Below, in pieces: positions 7,213-14,024 of a stretch of DNA of 32,719 nucleotides. This DNA is from a virus: IMG/VR virus record IMGVR_UViG_3300025127_000007, positions 1-32,719 of that record. The stretch is one strand, 5' to 3'. The notes beneath the pieces are model-generated. The model ran no database searches, was not told where the DNA came from, and worked only from the letters and a program-made list of their open reading frames with translations. The position numbers and the translations under genes are program-made. Position 1 is the stretch's first letter, and every line of letters begins with the position of its first letter.

Positions 7213-7491
7213 ATGGCTAAAGTAAGAAACATTGTTGGACGCACTGGGCGCCCTGTCGTCAATCAGTTTATCATCACAACCGCAGATGGTGAATATTTCC
7301 AATCATATGAAACGGTGATAGCGTTTAGGGAGATATCAGGCAAGGTCTGGCTGGATTGTGAGCGTTGGAACTACAGCCACACAACAGCCAAATATCGCAA
7401 TGGGTTTTTGGGAATGAACAAGGCCCAGATTGAAAAAGCTATTGATGCTGGCGAAATCAAATTGACTAACCTTAACCGTGAGAGGCAATGA
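7213..7491 (+). CDS. Hypothetical early protein (92 aa)
   Basis: ORF behind ggaaggatcaaacaa. The NQFIITTADGEYFQSYETVIAF...WNYSHTTAKYRN pattern looks like a conserved phage family of unknown function (recollection only). Confidence 0.65.
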   Translation: MAKVRNIVGRTGRPVVNQFIITTADGEYFQSYETVIAFREISGKVWLDCERWNYSHTTAKYRNGFLGMNKAQIEKAIDAGEIKLTNLNRERQ

Positions 7492-7619
7492 TGGACAGAA
7501 TAGAAATATTCAACAACGCGCTATTCCTGCTGATTATGGGCCTAGTTATCTGGGGACTTATGGGCAGCGAGGCTTGGCTTTGGCAAGTGTTCAAGTGGGC
7601 AATTAACACCTTTGCCTAA
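7488..7619 (+). CDS. Small hydrophobic (single-TM) protein, about 43 aa, not in the ORF track
   Basis: ATGATG at 7488/7491 overlaps the upstream TGA. Translates M(M)DRIEIFNNALFLLIMGLVIWGLMGSEAWLWQVFKWAINTFA, stop at 7617..7619. Confidence 0.45.
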   Translation: MMDRIEIFNNALFLLIMGLVIWGLMGSEAWLWQVFKWAINTFA

Positions 7620-7696
7620 CATAACCCTACCCATTGACGGCTAGGTGCCGCCAGTGGGCTTCAAACCGCCAGCAATGGCATAAGAAAGGATCTACA

Positions 7697-7915
7697 ATGT
7701 ACGTTGTATTTTATACAGAGAGATTACCGCATGGCGAACCGGATCAGCTTTGGGCGAATGACTTGGTCACTGGACCTGTTTACCTGCATGACCGCTGGGA
7801 AGTCTGCGAGGAAAAAGAGGAAGCGGTTAAGGTATACCGCCAGCTCATTGACAGGGACAGCACCCACAATGCAGGGATCGCACCCATCAGTGAGGAATAT
7901 TCAACAGACTGGTAA
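7697..7915 (+). CDS. Hypothetical early protein (72 aa)
   Basis: Start moved to ATG 7697 behind gaaaggatctaca; MYVVFYTERLPHGEPDQLW... Confidence 0.6.
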   Translation: MYVVFYTERLPHGEPDQLWANDLVTGPVYLHDRWEVCEEKEEAVKVYRQLIDRDSTHNAGIAPISEEYSTDW

Positions 7916-8000
7916 AAGAGAAAGGGCCAAGTCGGGGGCATCCGGCTTGACCCATGACTGGTGAAGGATCAACAAAACCAGCCATAACAGAGAGGGTAGC

Positions 8001-8195
8001 ATGACAGCAGAAGAATTTAAACAGGAAAGAAAGCGTCTAGGTTTGACTATGGTGGCTATGGCTAATCACATTGGAGTTAGCCAGCAAGCTATTTGGTACT
8101 ACGAAACTGGCAGAAGATCGGTGCCAAAACCTATTGAGCTGCTACTAGAGTCTAGGCGTGTGTATGAAAAGCAAACAGATAAAGGATCAGAGTAA
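8001..8195 (+). CDS. Cro/C1 (XRE)-type helix-turn-helix transcriptional regulator
   Basis: 64 aa; FKQERKRLGLTMVAMANHIGVSQQAIWYYETGRRSVP is a canonical XRE HTH; GAGGG upstream of the ATG. Confidence 0.8.
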   Translation: MTAEEFKQERKRLGLTMVAMANHIGVSQQAIWYYETGRRSVPKPIELLLESRRVYEKQTDKGSE

Positions 8196-8530
8196 TGCCA
8201 GCAAAGAAAAGTGAAATGCTTACTATTAAGCTAACGAAGCAAGAGTTTAGTTTGATTACAGAATGGTGCATGTACCACTTCTGGGACAAAACAAATGGCT
8301 TTCAGGACGACATAAACGTTGATGAACTTATGGGGTGGGCAACGTCTTGTCTGCTAATGGCAAGACTTAAAACCATTGCAGATGAAAACAATATCTTTTT
8401 TGGCTTAGAAAAGGATGAGATTTACAAAGAGGATGACACTGACAGGCAGAAAGTAAACTCAGTGACGCGAGCATTTGTAGATCAATATGCTGCAAACGTA
8501 GAAATGATTGCAAAAAAGAGAGAGGCGTGA
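8195..8530 (+). CDS. Hypothetical early protein (111 aa)
   Basis: TAATG overlap with the HTH gene; aaaggatcagagta upstream; no domain recognised. Confidence 0.6.
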   Translation: MPAKKSEMLTIKLTKQEFSLITEWCMYHFWDKTNGFQDDINVDELMGWATSCLLMARLKTIADENNIFFGLEKDEIYKEDDTDRQKVNSVTRAFVDQYAANVEMIAKKREA

Positions 8531-8550
8531 GCCTCTCTTAGTTTTCTCTT
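8519..8550 (+). terminator. Rho-independent terminator with GNRA loop, overlapping the stop codon of 8195..8530
   Basis: agagaggc (8519..8526) / gtga loop / gcctctct (8531..8538), followed by tagttttctctt. Confidence 0.6.
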
Positions 8551-8565
8551 GGGAGGAATATGAAA

Positions 8566-8758
8566 ACACAATGTTATAACACAATGTCTACACTTACAAT
8601 GTAGACACTTTTTTTATTTAAAAATAATAAAATGCTACGTTGTCATCACTACACTCTGCTAGCAAGTGTCTACACTTTGTGTCTGTAAACAATGTTTCAA
8701 ATATCATAGATTTTGTTGACAGTCTAGCCTGTTGCATCAATTTTTTCTCTAACAATGT
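8566..8758. promoter_or_regulatory. Second cluster of ACAATGT motifs (8568, 8581, 8596, 8689, 8752) plus GTCTACAC(T)TT repeats
   Basis: aaACACAATGTtataACACAATGTctacacttACAATGTagacac ... gtgtctacacttt ... aaACAATGTttc ... taACAATGTag. Confidence 0.45.
8585..8616 (+). terminator. Rho-independent terminator
   Basis: tgtctaca (8585..8592) / cttacaa loop / tgtagaca (8600..8607), followed by cttttttta and an AT-rich tract. Confidence 0.65.
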
Positions 8759-9116
8759 AGAACCATGTTTGAAGAGAAACAATCACAGTAGCATCTGTGG
8801 CAGTAAATTCTGGGTTTACATGAGAGAGAAACAGGCGGCACCACACATCTTGTCTGTCATACTTGTAGATCAGCACTGGCATCAGATCACCTGCTGAGTC
8901 TACCGCTTGCTGCCACCACGCGTCAGCACCGCCCACAGGACCACTAGCGTAGCGTTTACACTCTACTGACCATTGTGGAATGTAGATATCACAACCACCC
9001 TTGGTTTGATATTGAGAAAGATTGCGGCGCACGTTTGCATAGCCAAGATGGTCTTTGATCTCGTTGACACACCACCGTTCAAAAGCAGAACCCTTGTCTC
9101 TACTTTTCTTGCTCAT
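8724..9116 (-). CDS. PD-(D/E)XK nuclease, Holliday-junction-resolvase-like
   Basis: 130 aa from ATG 9116. KGSAFERWCVNEIKDHLGY...GGCDIYIPQWSVECKRY matches the Hjc-type KG..FE...D-x(n)-E-x-K arrangement. The N-terminal extension in the track overlaps the upstream gene. Confidence 0.6.
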   Translation of the reverse strand: MSKKSRDKGSAFERWCVNEIKDHLGYANVRRNLSQYQTKGGCDIYIPQWSVECKRYASGPVGGADAWWQQAVDSAGDLMPVLIYKYDRQDVWCRLFLSHVNPEFTATDATVIVSLQTWFYIVREKIDATG

Positions 9117-9402
9117 GAATACCGTAGACCATTTTGCACGTTGGACATTGTATCCTGCCATCAAGAAAGGTTTTGCAAGCAACACACATATCTGCGGCCT
9201 GGAGCCGTGCAAACCTACCGTCACCAGCCTGGATGTTGTATGACTTTACCTTTCCCAAGCCATTACATTCATCACAGTGGTCTTGTACAACCTCACCAGC
9301 CTCAAACCAGCTACGCCTGCGCACCCAGCCAGAGCCGTCACAAGTCTTGCATTTGCTCTCTGAAAAAATCATTTGGCGCAACCTCTCCATCTGTAGCCAC
9401 AA
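9100..9402 (-). CDS. DnaJ-type zinc-finger protein (four CxxC pairs)
   Basis: CKTCDGSGWV and CDECNGLGKV (CxxCxGxG twice), plus CVACK and CPTCK. Start is ambiguous (ATG at 9402, 9390 or 9372); overlaps both neighbouring genes. Confidence 0.6.
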   Translation of the reverse strand: MWLQMERLRQMIFSESKCKTCDGSGWVRRRSWFEAGEVVQDHCDECNGLGKVKSYNIQAGDGRFARLQAADMCVACKTFLDGRIQCPTCKMVYGIHEQEK

Positions 9403-9541
9403 ATATCTTGCCCATAGTTTGTGGGCTTGGACGCCTACTGCCTGACAATAATCTATTTATAGCTGCCCGACTCATGCCAGCACGCCGCGCCAGCTTGGCT
9501 TGGCTCATCTTATTTTTTTCTAAATATTCTTCCAAAGTCAT
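9338..9541 (-). CDS. Small HTH (XRE-like) DNA-binding regulator
   Basis: 67 aa from ATG 9541: MTLEEYLEKNKMSQAKLARRAGMSRAAINRLLSGSRRPSPQTMGKI. First gene of the leftward cassette, divergent from 9622..10476. Confidence 0.65.
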   Translation of the reverse strand: MTLEEYLEKNKMSQAKLARRAGMSRAAINRLLSGSRRPSPQTMGKIFVATDGEVAPNDFFREQMQDL

Positions 9542-9621
9542 ATTTTCTTGTATCACAGAGTTGACAGCCTGACAACAATTATGGTTAAAGTATGTTGACG
9601 ATACACAGAGAGTAACAGGAT
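9542..9621. promoter_or_regulatory. Divergent intergenic control region between the leftward cassette and the rightward middle genes
   Basis: TTGACA at 9561 and TTGACG at 9595; CACAGAG at 9554 and 9604; no convincing -10 elements by eye. Confidence 0.35.
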
Positions 9622-10476
9622 ATGCCACAGATACCAGAGTATAGAAAGTTTTTTGGCGCAAAGCATGACAGTGCATCAGGCGGGACACAGGAAAAGTGGG
9701 AATACGTATTGAAGATGTACGCTAGACATCTTGGCGTGTCCTTTCCAATGGCAGCTAGGCCTTGGTGTGGAATATGCGTTGAACATGGTGCATCAAGAGT
9801 TATCCTCGATGGTCAAGAGCTTCTAGCGGCTACACAAGAGGCCATGACCAAGTACAGGGATTACAGGCCGCGTGATTGGGATGACGGAAAAGACAGGGAA
9901 GAGTTTGAAGCCTTCCAAGAATACATGCCAGACATGATATTGTTTGCAGTAAACGCGCTGCAAAAGTTTTTCCAACAGGCAAACAGAGTCGAGGGCAACA
10001 AGCAAGAATGGCACAAAGAGCCTCAGATTGACGTACCAATTTTGTTGTATCGTGATTTTTTTGGCGCTGGCCTTCAAGTAGATTTGAAGTGTAAGCCACC
10101 GCTACGCAACCCAATCAAAAAAGATGGCACAAGAACCTGGCGCGTACCAAAGCCAGAGATCACCCCAACATGGCTACAGACTCAACAACAGTCTGTGTAT
10201 TGGAAAGCCAGTGGTGAGCCGCCAGCCTTGCTGTATGTGTCAGCGGCAGGCTATCACATAGCCACAGCAGAAAACTGTGAGCAACTTTCAGAGCAAAACT
10301 TAGAGCGTGCGTATCAAGAAGTTGTGCGCAGTTGGCTCATATCACAGAACTTACTCAAGGCGGCAAACGGTAACTGGCACGATTTAGCTGGTTTGGTCCA
10401 GCCAGATTTTAATGAAATAGCAAGGCGTCATGGGCCATCTATCGTAGACGTAGCTAAACAACTTTGGAGTTTCTAA
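9622..10476 (+). CDS. Possible YqaJ/lambda-Exo-like recombination exonuclease (PD-(D/E)XK)
   Basis: 284 aa, the largest rightward ORF. GAGLQVDLKCKPP resembles the YqaJ LEIKCP signature, with RDFFG upstream. Weak motif-level call. Confidence 0.35.
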   Translation: MPQIPEYRKFFGAKHDSASGGTQEKWEYVLKMYARHLGVSFPMAARPWCGICVEHGASRVILDGQELLAATQEAMTKYRDYRPRDWDDGKDREEFEAFQEYMPDMILFAVNALQKFFQQANRVEGNKQEWHKEPQIDVPILLYRDFFGAGLQVDLKCKPPLRNPIKKDGTRTWRVPKPEITPTWLQTQQQSVYWKASGEPPALLYVSAAGYHIATAENCEQLSEQNLERAYQEVVRSWLISQNLLKAANGNWHDLAGLVQPDFNEIARRHGPSIVDVAKQLWSF

Positions 10477-10727
10477 TGTTTGAAAACATTACCAAACGTT
10501 TTGAAAGAAACAAAAACACAGACGATCTTTATGGCTACACAGAGAAATATCAGGTCGAGGTTGTTGCCACTTTTCGTAAAACTTACACCATCCGCGCTTT
10601 AGATGCAGATGATGCGCAAAAAAAGGTGGTCAAAAAATTACAAAAACAAAACAAAACCTACAATCGTGTAGGGTTGCACTTTATCAAGGCAATGGCAGAA
10701 AAAGCAGAAAGGATCAAAGATGACTGA
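10476..10727 (+). CDS. Hypothetical protein (83 aa)
   Basis: Start placed at ATG 10476 (TAATG overlap with the upstream stop); Lys-rich KKVVKKLQKQNK. Confidence 0.55.
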   Translation: MFENITKRFERNKNTDDLYGYTEKYQVEVVATFRKTYTIRALDADDAQKKVVKKLQKQNKTYNRVGLHFIKAMAEKAERIKDD

Positions 10728-11028
10728 AGCATATAAATTAGTGCGCAGGGATGACCCAAGCACCAGCCACGACGCAGCACAGCAGATGGACGCAACGGCT
10801 ATGGAATCTATTGTAGCTGATGCAATATGGGCGTTTCGTGCAGAAGGTGCAATAGCAGATCAGGTCTGCGATGCCCTTCCGCAGCACCGCTATAACTCAA
10901 TTACCCCACGTTTCAAAGCCTTAAAAGAAAAGGGCATCATCATTGTAGATGGCACAAAACGTAAGGGCGCATCAGGACGCGGGCAGATGGTTATGTGGCA
11001 CAAGGAGTTTTACAATGGACAAGAATGA
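10720..11028 (+). CDS. Winged-helix (MarR-like) DNA-binding protein
   Basis: 102 aa. DDPSTSHDAA...IVADAIWAFRAEGAIADQVCDAL......ITPRFKALKEKGIIIVDG...VMW fits the common phage wHTH pattern; aaaggatcaaag upstream. Confidence 0.55.
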   Translation: MTEAYKLVRRDDPSTSHDAAQQMDATAMESIVADAIWAFRAEGAIADQVCDALPQHRYNSITPRFKALKEKGIIIVDGTKRKGASGRGQMVMWHKEFYNGQE

Positions 11029-11191
11029 GATTAGCAAAATCGTAGATGAGCTTTTGAACGAAAGGGATCTGCGTATGGATGACTTGTTCAACCGTTTGCA
11101 GCAAGTGACAAGAGATCTAGAACTTGTGACTTACAAATGTAACGATTTGGAAAAGCGTTTACTGGAGAAAGACAATGAGGATGACAAATAA
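11015..11191 (+). CDS. Small coiled-coil protein (58 aa)
   Basis: Start moved to ATG 11015 (MDKNEISKIVDELLNERDL...LEKRLLEKDNEDDK). Confidence 0.5.
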   Translation: MDKNEISKIVDELLNERDLRMDDLFNRLQQVTRDLELVTYKCNDLEKRLLEKDNEDDK

Positions 11192-11828
11192 CAGGCAAGG
11201 CAAGGCTTTACCAGACAACCTATGCGAGCTGCTTGCGGAGGTGGGTATGTCTGACAAGATGGATGAAGGTGCAGTGTGGAACTGCCACGGCACGCCCGTG
11301 ATCTTACACAAAGCCTTAGAACGCATAGCAGATCACACAAACATTTTGTTTAGCGAGCCAACAATAGTGGAAGCCAACTCCCAAGCAAAGGTCGCTGTTA
11401 TCTGTGTGACTGGCAAGTTAGGTGATAAAACAGCTTGGTCAATAGGCGAGTCTGCGCCATCCAACACAACTAACAGCTACCCATACGCTATGGCAGAGAA
11501 GCGTGCCAAAGATCGTGTGATACTCAAGCTGATAGGTGCGTCTGGGTTTGTTTATTCAGAAGAAGAGGCTGATGATTTTAAAAACTCAAAGCCAGATGTT
11601 ATCCAAACTCAAAAGAAGAAGCTGAGTAAAGAAGAAGCAGAGTGGCTTGCACACAACGAGGCAACCTTAGATCAGTACACCTTGAAAGATCTTGAGGTCT
11701 TTATGAACAAGCCTTTTACAAAAGCAACGATGCAAAGCATCAAAGAAAAAGACATTGATGCTTACAACGATTTCAAGACACTGTTTGTCGAAACAAGAGA
11801 AAAGTTAAAGGAGAAAGCAAATGGCTAG
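11175..11828 (+). CDS. Putative single-strand annealing / recombination-associated protein
   Basis: 217 aa. SYPYAMAEKRAKDRVILKLIG resembles conserved segments of phage annealing-protein families; acidic/Lys-rich C-terminal half; located upstream of the SSB-like gene. Low-confidence product call. Confidence 0.35.
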   Translation: MRMTNNRQGKALPDNLCELLAEVGMSDKMDEGAVWNCHGTPVILHKALERIADHTNILFSEPTIVEANSQAKVAVICVTGKLGDKTAWSIGESAPSNTTNSYPYAMAEKRAKDRVILKLIGASGFVYSEEEADDFKNSKPDVIQTQKKKLSKEEAEWLAHNEATLDQYTLKDLEVFMNKPFTKATMQSIKEKDIDAYNDFKTLFVETREKLKEKANG

Positions 11829-12153
11829 AAGATGGCTACCAGTTATGACAGTGAAACTGTTTACCTACAACGGCAATGGTTCAGCTACACATAGCAACTC
11901 TAAATTTAGGCCGCACATCGGCAAACCAGCACAACCTGGCACCGTAACATTTTTTCCAGACAAGCTGTATGACGTGCAACTGTTTGAAAATGACGATGGT
12001 ACGAGAGCCGTGCGCTTTCAAGAAGTCATAGAGTACCAAGCAGATGACAACATTGCTGATGATATTTCACAGTCAGCACTAAAACCTGTTGGGCAAGTCG
12101 TGCAGATGAAGCACGCAGACAAGGGAGACATTGACGATGACATCCCCTTCTAA
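11821..12153 (+). CDS. Small SSB-like protein carrying the canonical SSB C-terminal tip (DDDIPF)
   Basis: 110 aa ending ...KGDIDDDIPF-stop (gac gat gac atc ccc ttc taa). The N-terminal 70 aa are beta-rich, but a classical OB/SSB signature is not recognisable by eye. Confidence 0.5.
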   Translation: MARRWLPVMTVKLFTYNGNGSATHSNSKFRPHIGKPAQPGTVTFFPDKLYDVQLFENDDGTRAVRFQEVIEYQADDNIADDISQSALKPVGQVVQMKHADKGDIDDDIPF

Positions 12154-12331
12154 TCGCCTTTTAAGCCCCAGAGAGGTGGCTTTAGAAATTTTTGGTAGTG
12201 ATACCCGCCCAAAGGTACAAAGGGTGCGTATGCTTATCCAAAGGGGCGATATAGAAGCAAAGAAGCTGGGCGGTATGTATTATGTACCCAAAACAGAGAT
12301 AGATAGGCTGCTCAGTGCCGAAAAAAACTAA
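12131..12331 (+). CDS. Excisionase/MerR-like (HTH_17-type) DNA-binding protein
   Basis: 66 aa; LLSPREVALEIFG...VRMLIQRGDIEAKKLGGMYYVPKTEIDRLL fits the Xis/AlpA-type HTH pattern. Confidence 0.55.
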   Translation: MTMTSPSNRLLSPREVALEIFGSDTRPKVQRVRMLIQRGDIEAKKLGGMYYVPKTEIDRLLSAEKN

Positions 12332-12518
12332 AACAAAAAGACTGCACGCACCTTCTGGTCAGACAGTCACATGTGATCTTTGCGGAGAAACACATGGGCT
12401 GATGACTGGAACGTGGGTGATAAACGGAGAGGGAGATCTTTTGTGTTATGGCTACGGAAAAAATTGTGTCGCTACAAGAGTCGCGCAGTCTGAAAGATGC
12501 GCGGATAGTAGCACCTGA
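12315..12518 (+). CDS. Hypothetical Cys-containing small protein (possible zinc ribbon)
   Basis: 67 aa with CDLCG...C..YGKNC. Its last 71 nt overlap the next ORF in another frame, so its 3' extent is uncertain. Confidence 0.4.
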   Translation: MPKKTKTKRLHAPSGQTVTCDLCGETHGLMTGTWVINGEGDLLCYGYGKNCVATRVAQSERCADSST

Positions 12519-12711
12519 TTACTACGCTGCTTTGATATTGAATGGCTGGGGACCATACAGAATACTAGAAGAACACGGCTTCAAACCGCACAAAGCAAAG
12601 CACATCATCCCACTTAATGATGAAATAAGCGGCGGTTATCTTACAGAGCCATACGTTATTGAATGTCTGGCTCAGTATTTAGCTGCTGGTGGTAAAACTC
12701 TATACAGATAA
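12448..12711 (+). CDS. Hypothetical protein (87 aa)
   Basis: ORF with a single ATG; overlaps the preceding ORF by 71 nt. Confidence 0.5.
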   Translation: MATEKIVSLQESRSLKDARIVAPDYYAALILNGWGPYRILEEHGFKPHKAKHIIPLNDEISGGYLTEPYVIECLAQYLAAGGKTLYR

Positions 12712-12729
12712 AACAAAGGAAGGATCGAA

Positions 12730-13155
12730 ATGGAACCGACAAAAAATATAAATATCAGCGTAAAGTTGCAACAAGCAATGGATCAAAAGAACAAAGAGCT
12801 TGGCACAAGCTATATGCTTTCACAGGCAAATTTTATAAAGAGGGATCATTTAAACATACCCAATAACTGGCCTAACCCTTGGAAAGAGATTGATGATGGT
12901 ATTGTCAGTTTGTTTGGCAAGGAAGTGTTTCGTTATAAAAAATATCTGCGACCAGCGGGGTTTAAGATATACGGACTTTCTATGTGCAAAAAGTATTGCA
13001 GAATCTGGCGCGGCAAAAAGGTTTTGCACATATCATTTGCAGCGTGGCGTCCAAACACATACAACACTGTCATGAGGTATTATATAGAAGGCATGCCAAC
13101 CGACACTGGGTACTCCCGCAAAGAGATGCGTCAGTTGATTGAAGATTTGCAATAA
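12730..13155 (+). CDS. Hypothetical protein (141 aa), last gene of the rightward block
   Basis: ggaaggatcgaa upstream of the ATG; visibly AT-richer than its neighbours; no domain recognised. Confidence 0.6.
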   Translation: MEPTKNINISVKLQQAMDQKNKELGTSYMLSQANFIKRDHLNIPNNWPNPWKEIDDGIVSLFGKEVFRYKKYLRPAGFKIYGLSMCKKYCRIWRGKKVLHISFAAWRPNTYNTVMRYYIEGMPTDTGYSRKEMRQLIEDLQ

Positions 13156-13187
13156 AGACCTAATTACTTGCGCTTCTTAGGTTTTTT
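13154..13187. terminator. Possible bidirectional hairpin at the convergent junction of the two gene blocks
   Basis: aaagacctaa (13154..13163) pairs with ttaggttttt (13177..13186), including one G-U pair. The loop is 13 nt, with a T-run on the + strand. It lies inside the 13164..13292 ORF. Confidence 0.3.
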
Positions 13188-13292
13188 CCCCGCCTTCTTC
13201 ATAGCAATAGCTGTCGCTGCTTGCCTCTTCATCTTGGCAGACTTCTTCTTCATTCCCATGCCGCCTTTGGCTTTTCCGTAATGTCCAGGCAT
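13164..13292 (-). CDS. Polycationic micro-protein (42 aa), not in the ORF track
   Basis: ATG at 13292 shares one nt with the upstream TAA. MPGHYGKAKGGMGMKKKSAKMKRQAATAIAMKKAGKKPKKRK: 16 of 42 residues are K/R and none are D/E. Confidence 0.55.
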   Translation of the reverse strand: MPGHYGKAKGGMGMKKKSAKMKRQAATAIAMKKAGKKPKKRK

Positions 13293-13588
13293 TATGCTTT
13301 CCCTTTCTTGGCTTTGTTTCGTTTGGAGATTGCTGCCGCCTTCTTCCTTGCGTCAGCCTTGCTGCTTGCACCCCATGCGCGGAGTGACAGTAGTAAGCGC
13401 GTTGGTTTGCCATTCTTTCTCTCTGGTCCCCTCATGTTACCCATGCGTGCTAGAAAGCTAGCCCTGCGTGGATTGTCACCAGACTTTATCGGGCGTTTCA
13501 AGTTTGCGCCCGTGGTTCTCTTGAAAAAGTCTCTGCCCTTCTGATTCAAGCCACCTTTTGGATTTTGAAATCTTTTAGCTACCATCAA
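13292..13588 (-). CDS. Basic small protein (98 aa), unknown function
   Basis: MMVAKRFQNPKGGLNQKGRDFFKRTTGANLKRPI...NPRRASFLARMG...GKPTRLLLSLRAWG; overlaps the endolysin stop by 14 nt. It resembles a conserved viral DUF family from memory (unverified). Confidence 0.65.
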   Translation of the reverse strand: MMVAKRFQNPKGGLNQKGRDFFKRTTGANLKRPIKSGDNPRRASFLARMGNMRGPERKNGKPTRLLLSLRAWGASSKADARKKAAAISKRNKAKKGKA

Positions 13589-14024
13589 TCAAACCGTGTC
13601 TGTATCCGTTCTCTCTGTCGTAAGTAAGAACTTCTTTGCGTGGATCAGGAGCGTAGCTGCAATGAATCCATCCCGTGTTACCGCCAGTATAACATTCAAG
13701 TATAAGTTGATCGAACTCTAAGTTGTCTGCAATCCATTTGGCAACAACCATGTTTGACACACCAGCTACCTCAAAGTCAGCAGCCTCACCTTTTGTATGC
13801 TGAGACTTCATTGAGCTACCAATCACAACACACAACTCTGGGCAACGGTATCCAGACGTAACTGTTACAGGGCCAAACTCATCACGCACTGGTTGCAAAA
13901 TCTTGTCACACAGATCAATAATATTATCTATCGTGTCTTGATCTGGCTCATTAGGGATACCCTTACGCTCTGCTGTTTGACTTTTGGTAAGCTCACGCAG
14001 TGTAAAGTTTTGTGACAGTCTCAT
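13575..14024 (-). CDS. Endolysin, zinc peptidase M15 family (D-Ala-D-Ala carboxypeptidase/VanY-like fold)
   Basis: 149 aa. FTLRELTKS...VTSGYRCPELCVVIGSSMKSQHTKGEAADFEV fits the Peptidase_M15_3 H/D/H zinc-site pattern. Confidence 0.85.
   Translation of the reverse strand: MRLSQNFTLRELTKSQTAERKGIPNEPDQDTIDNIIDLCDKILQPVRDEFGPVTVTSGYRCPELCVVIGSSMKSQHTKGEAADFEVAGVSNMVVAKWIADNLEFDQLILECYTGGNTGWIHCSYAPDPRKEVLTYDRENGYRHGLIDGS

Noticed and set aside
7924-7953. 12-bp imperfect hairpin (gggccaagtcgg / ccggcttgaccc) considered as a terminator upstream of the Cro-like gene
   Set aside because: It has two mismatches and no downstream T-run, so it is not a convincing intrinsic terminator. It might be a minor structural element only.
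7704-7964. 86-aa alternative-frame ORF overlapping 7697..7915
   Set aside because: It is out of frame with an ORF that has the conserved gaaaggatc start cassette, and it has no RBS of its own.
8715-8720. TTGACA hexamer on the + strand, considered as an antisense promoter into the leftward cassette
   Set aside because: No acceptable -10 hexamer lies 16-18 nt downstream.
8973-9572. 199-aa + strand ORF across the leftward cassette
   Set aside because: The opposite strand encodes three ORFs with clear motifs (HTH, CxxCxGxG, PD-(D/E)XK). The + strand product has no motif and a Cys/His/Pro-rich, random-looking composition.
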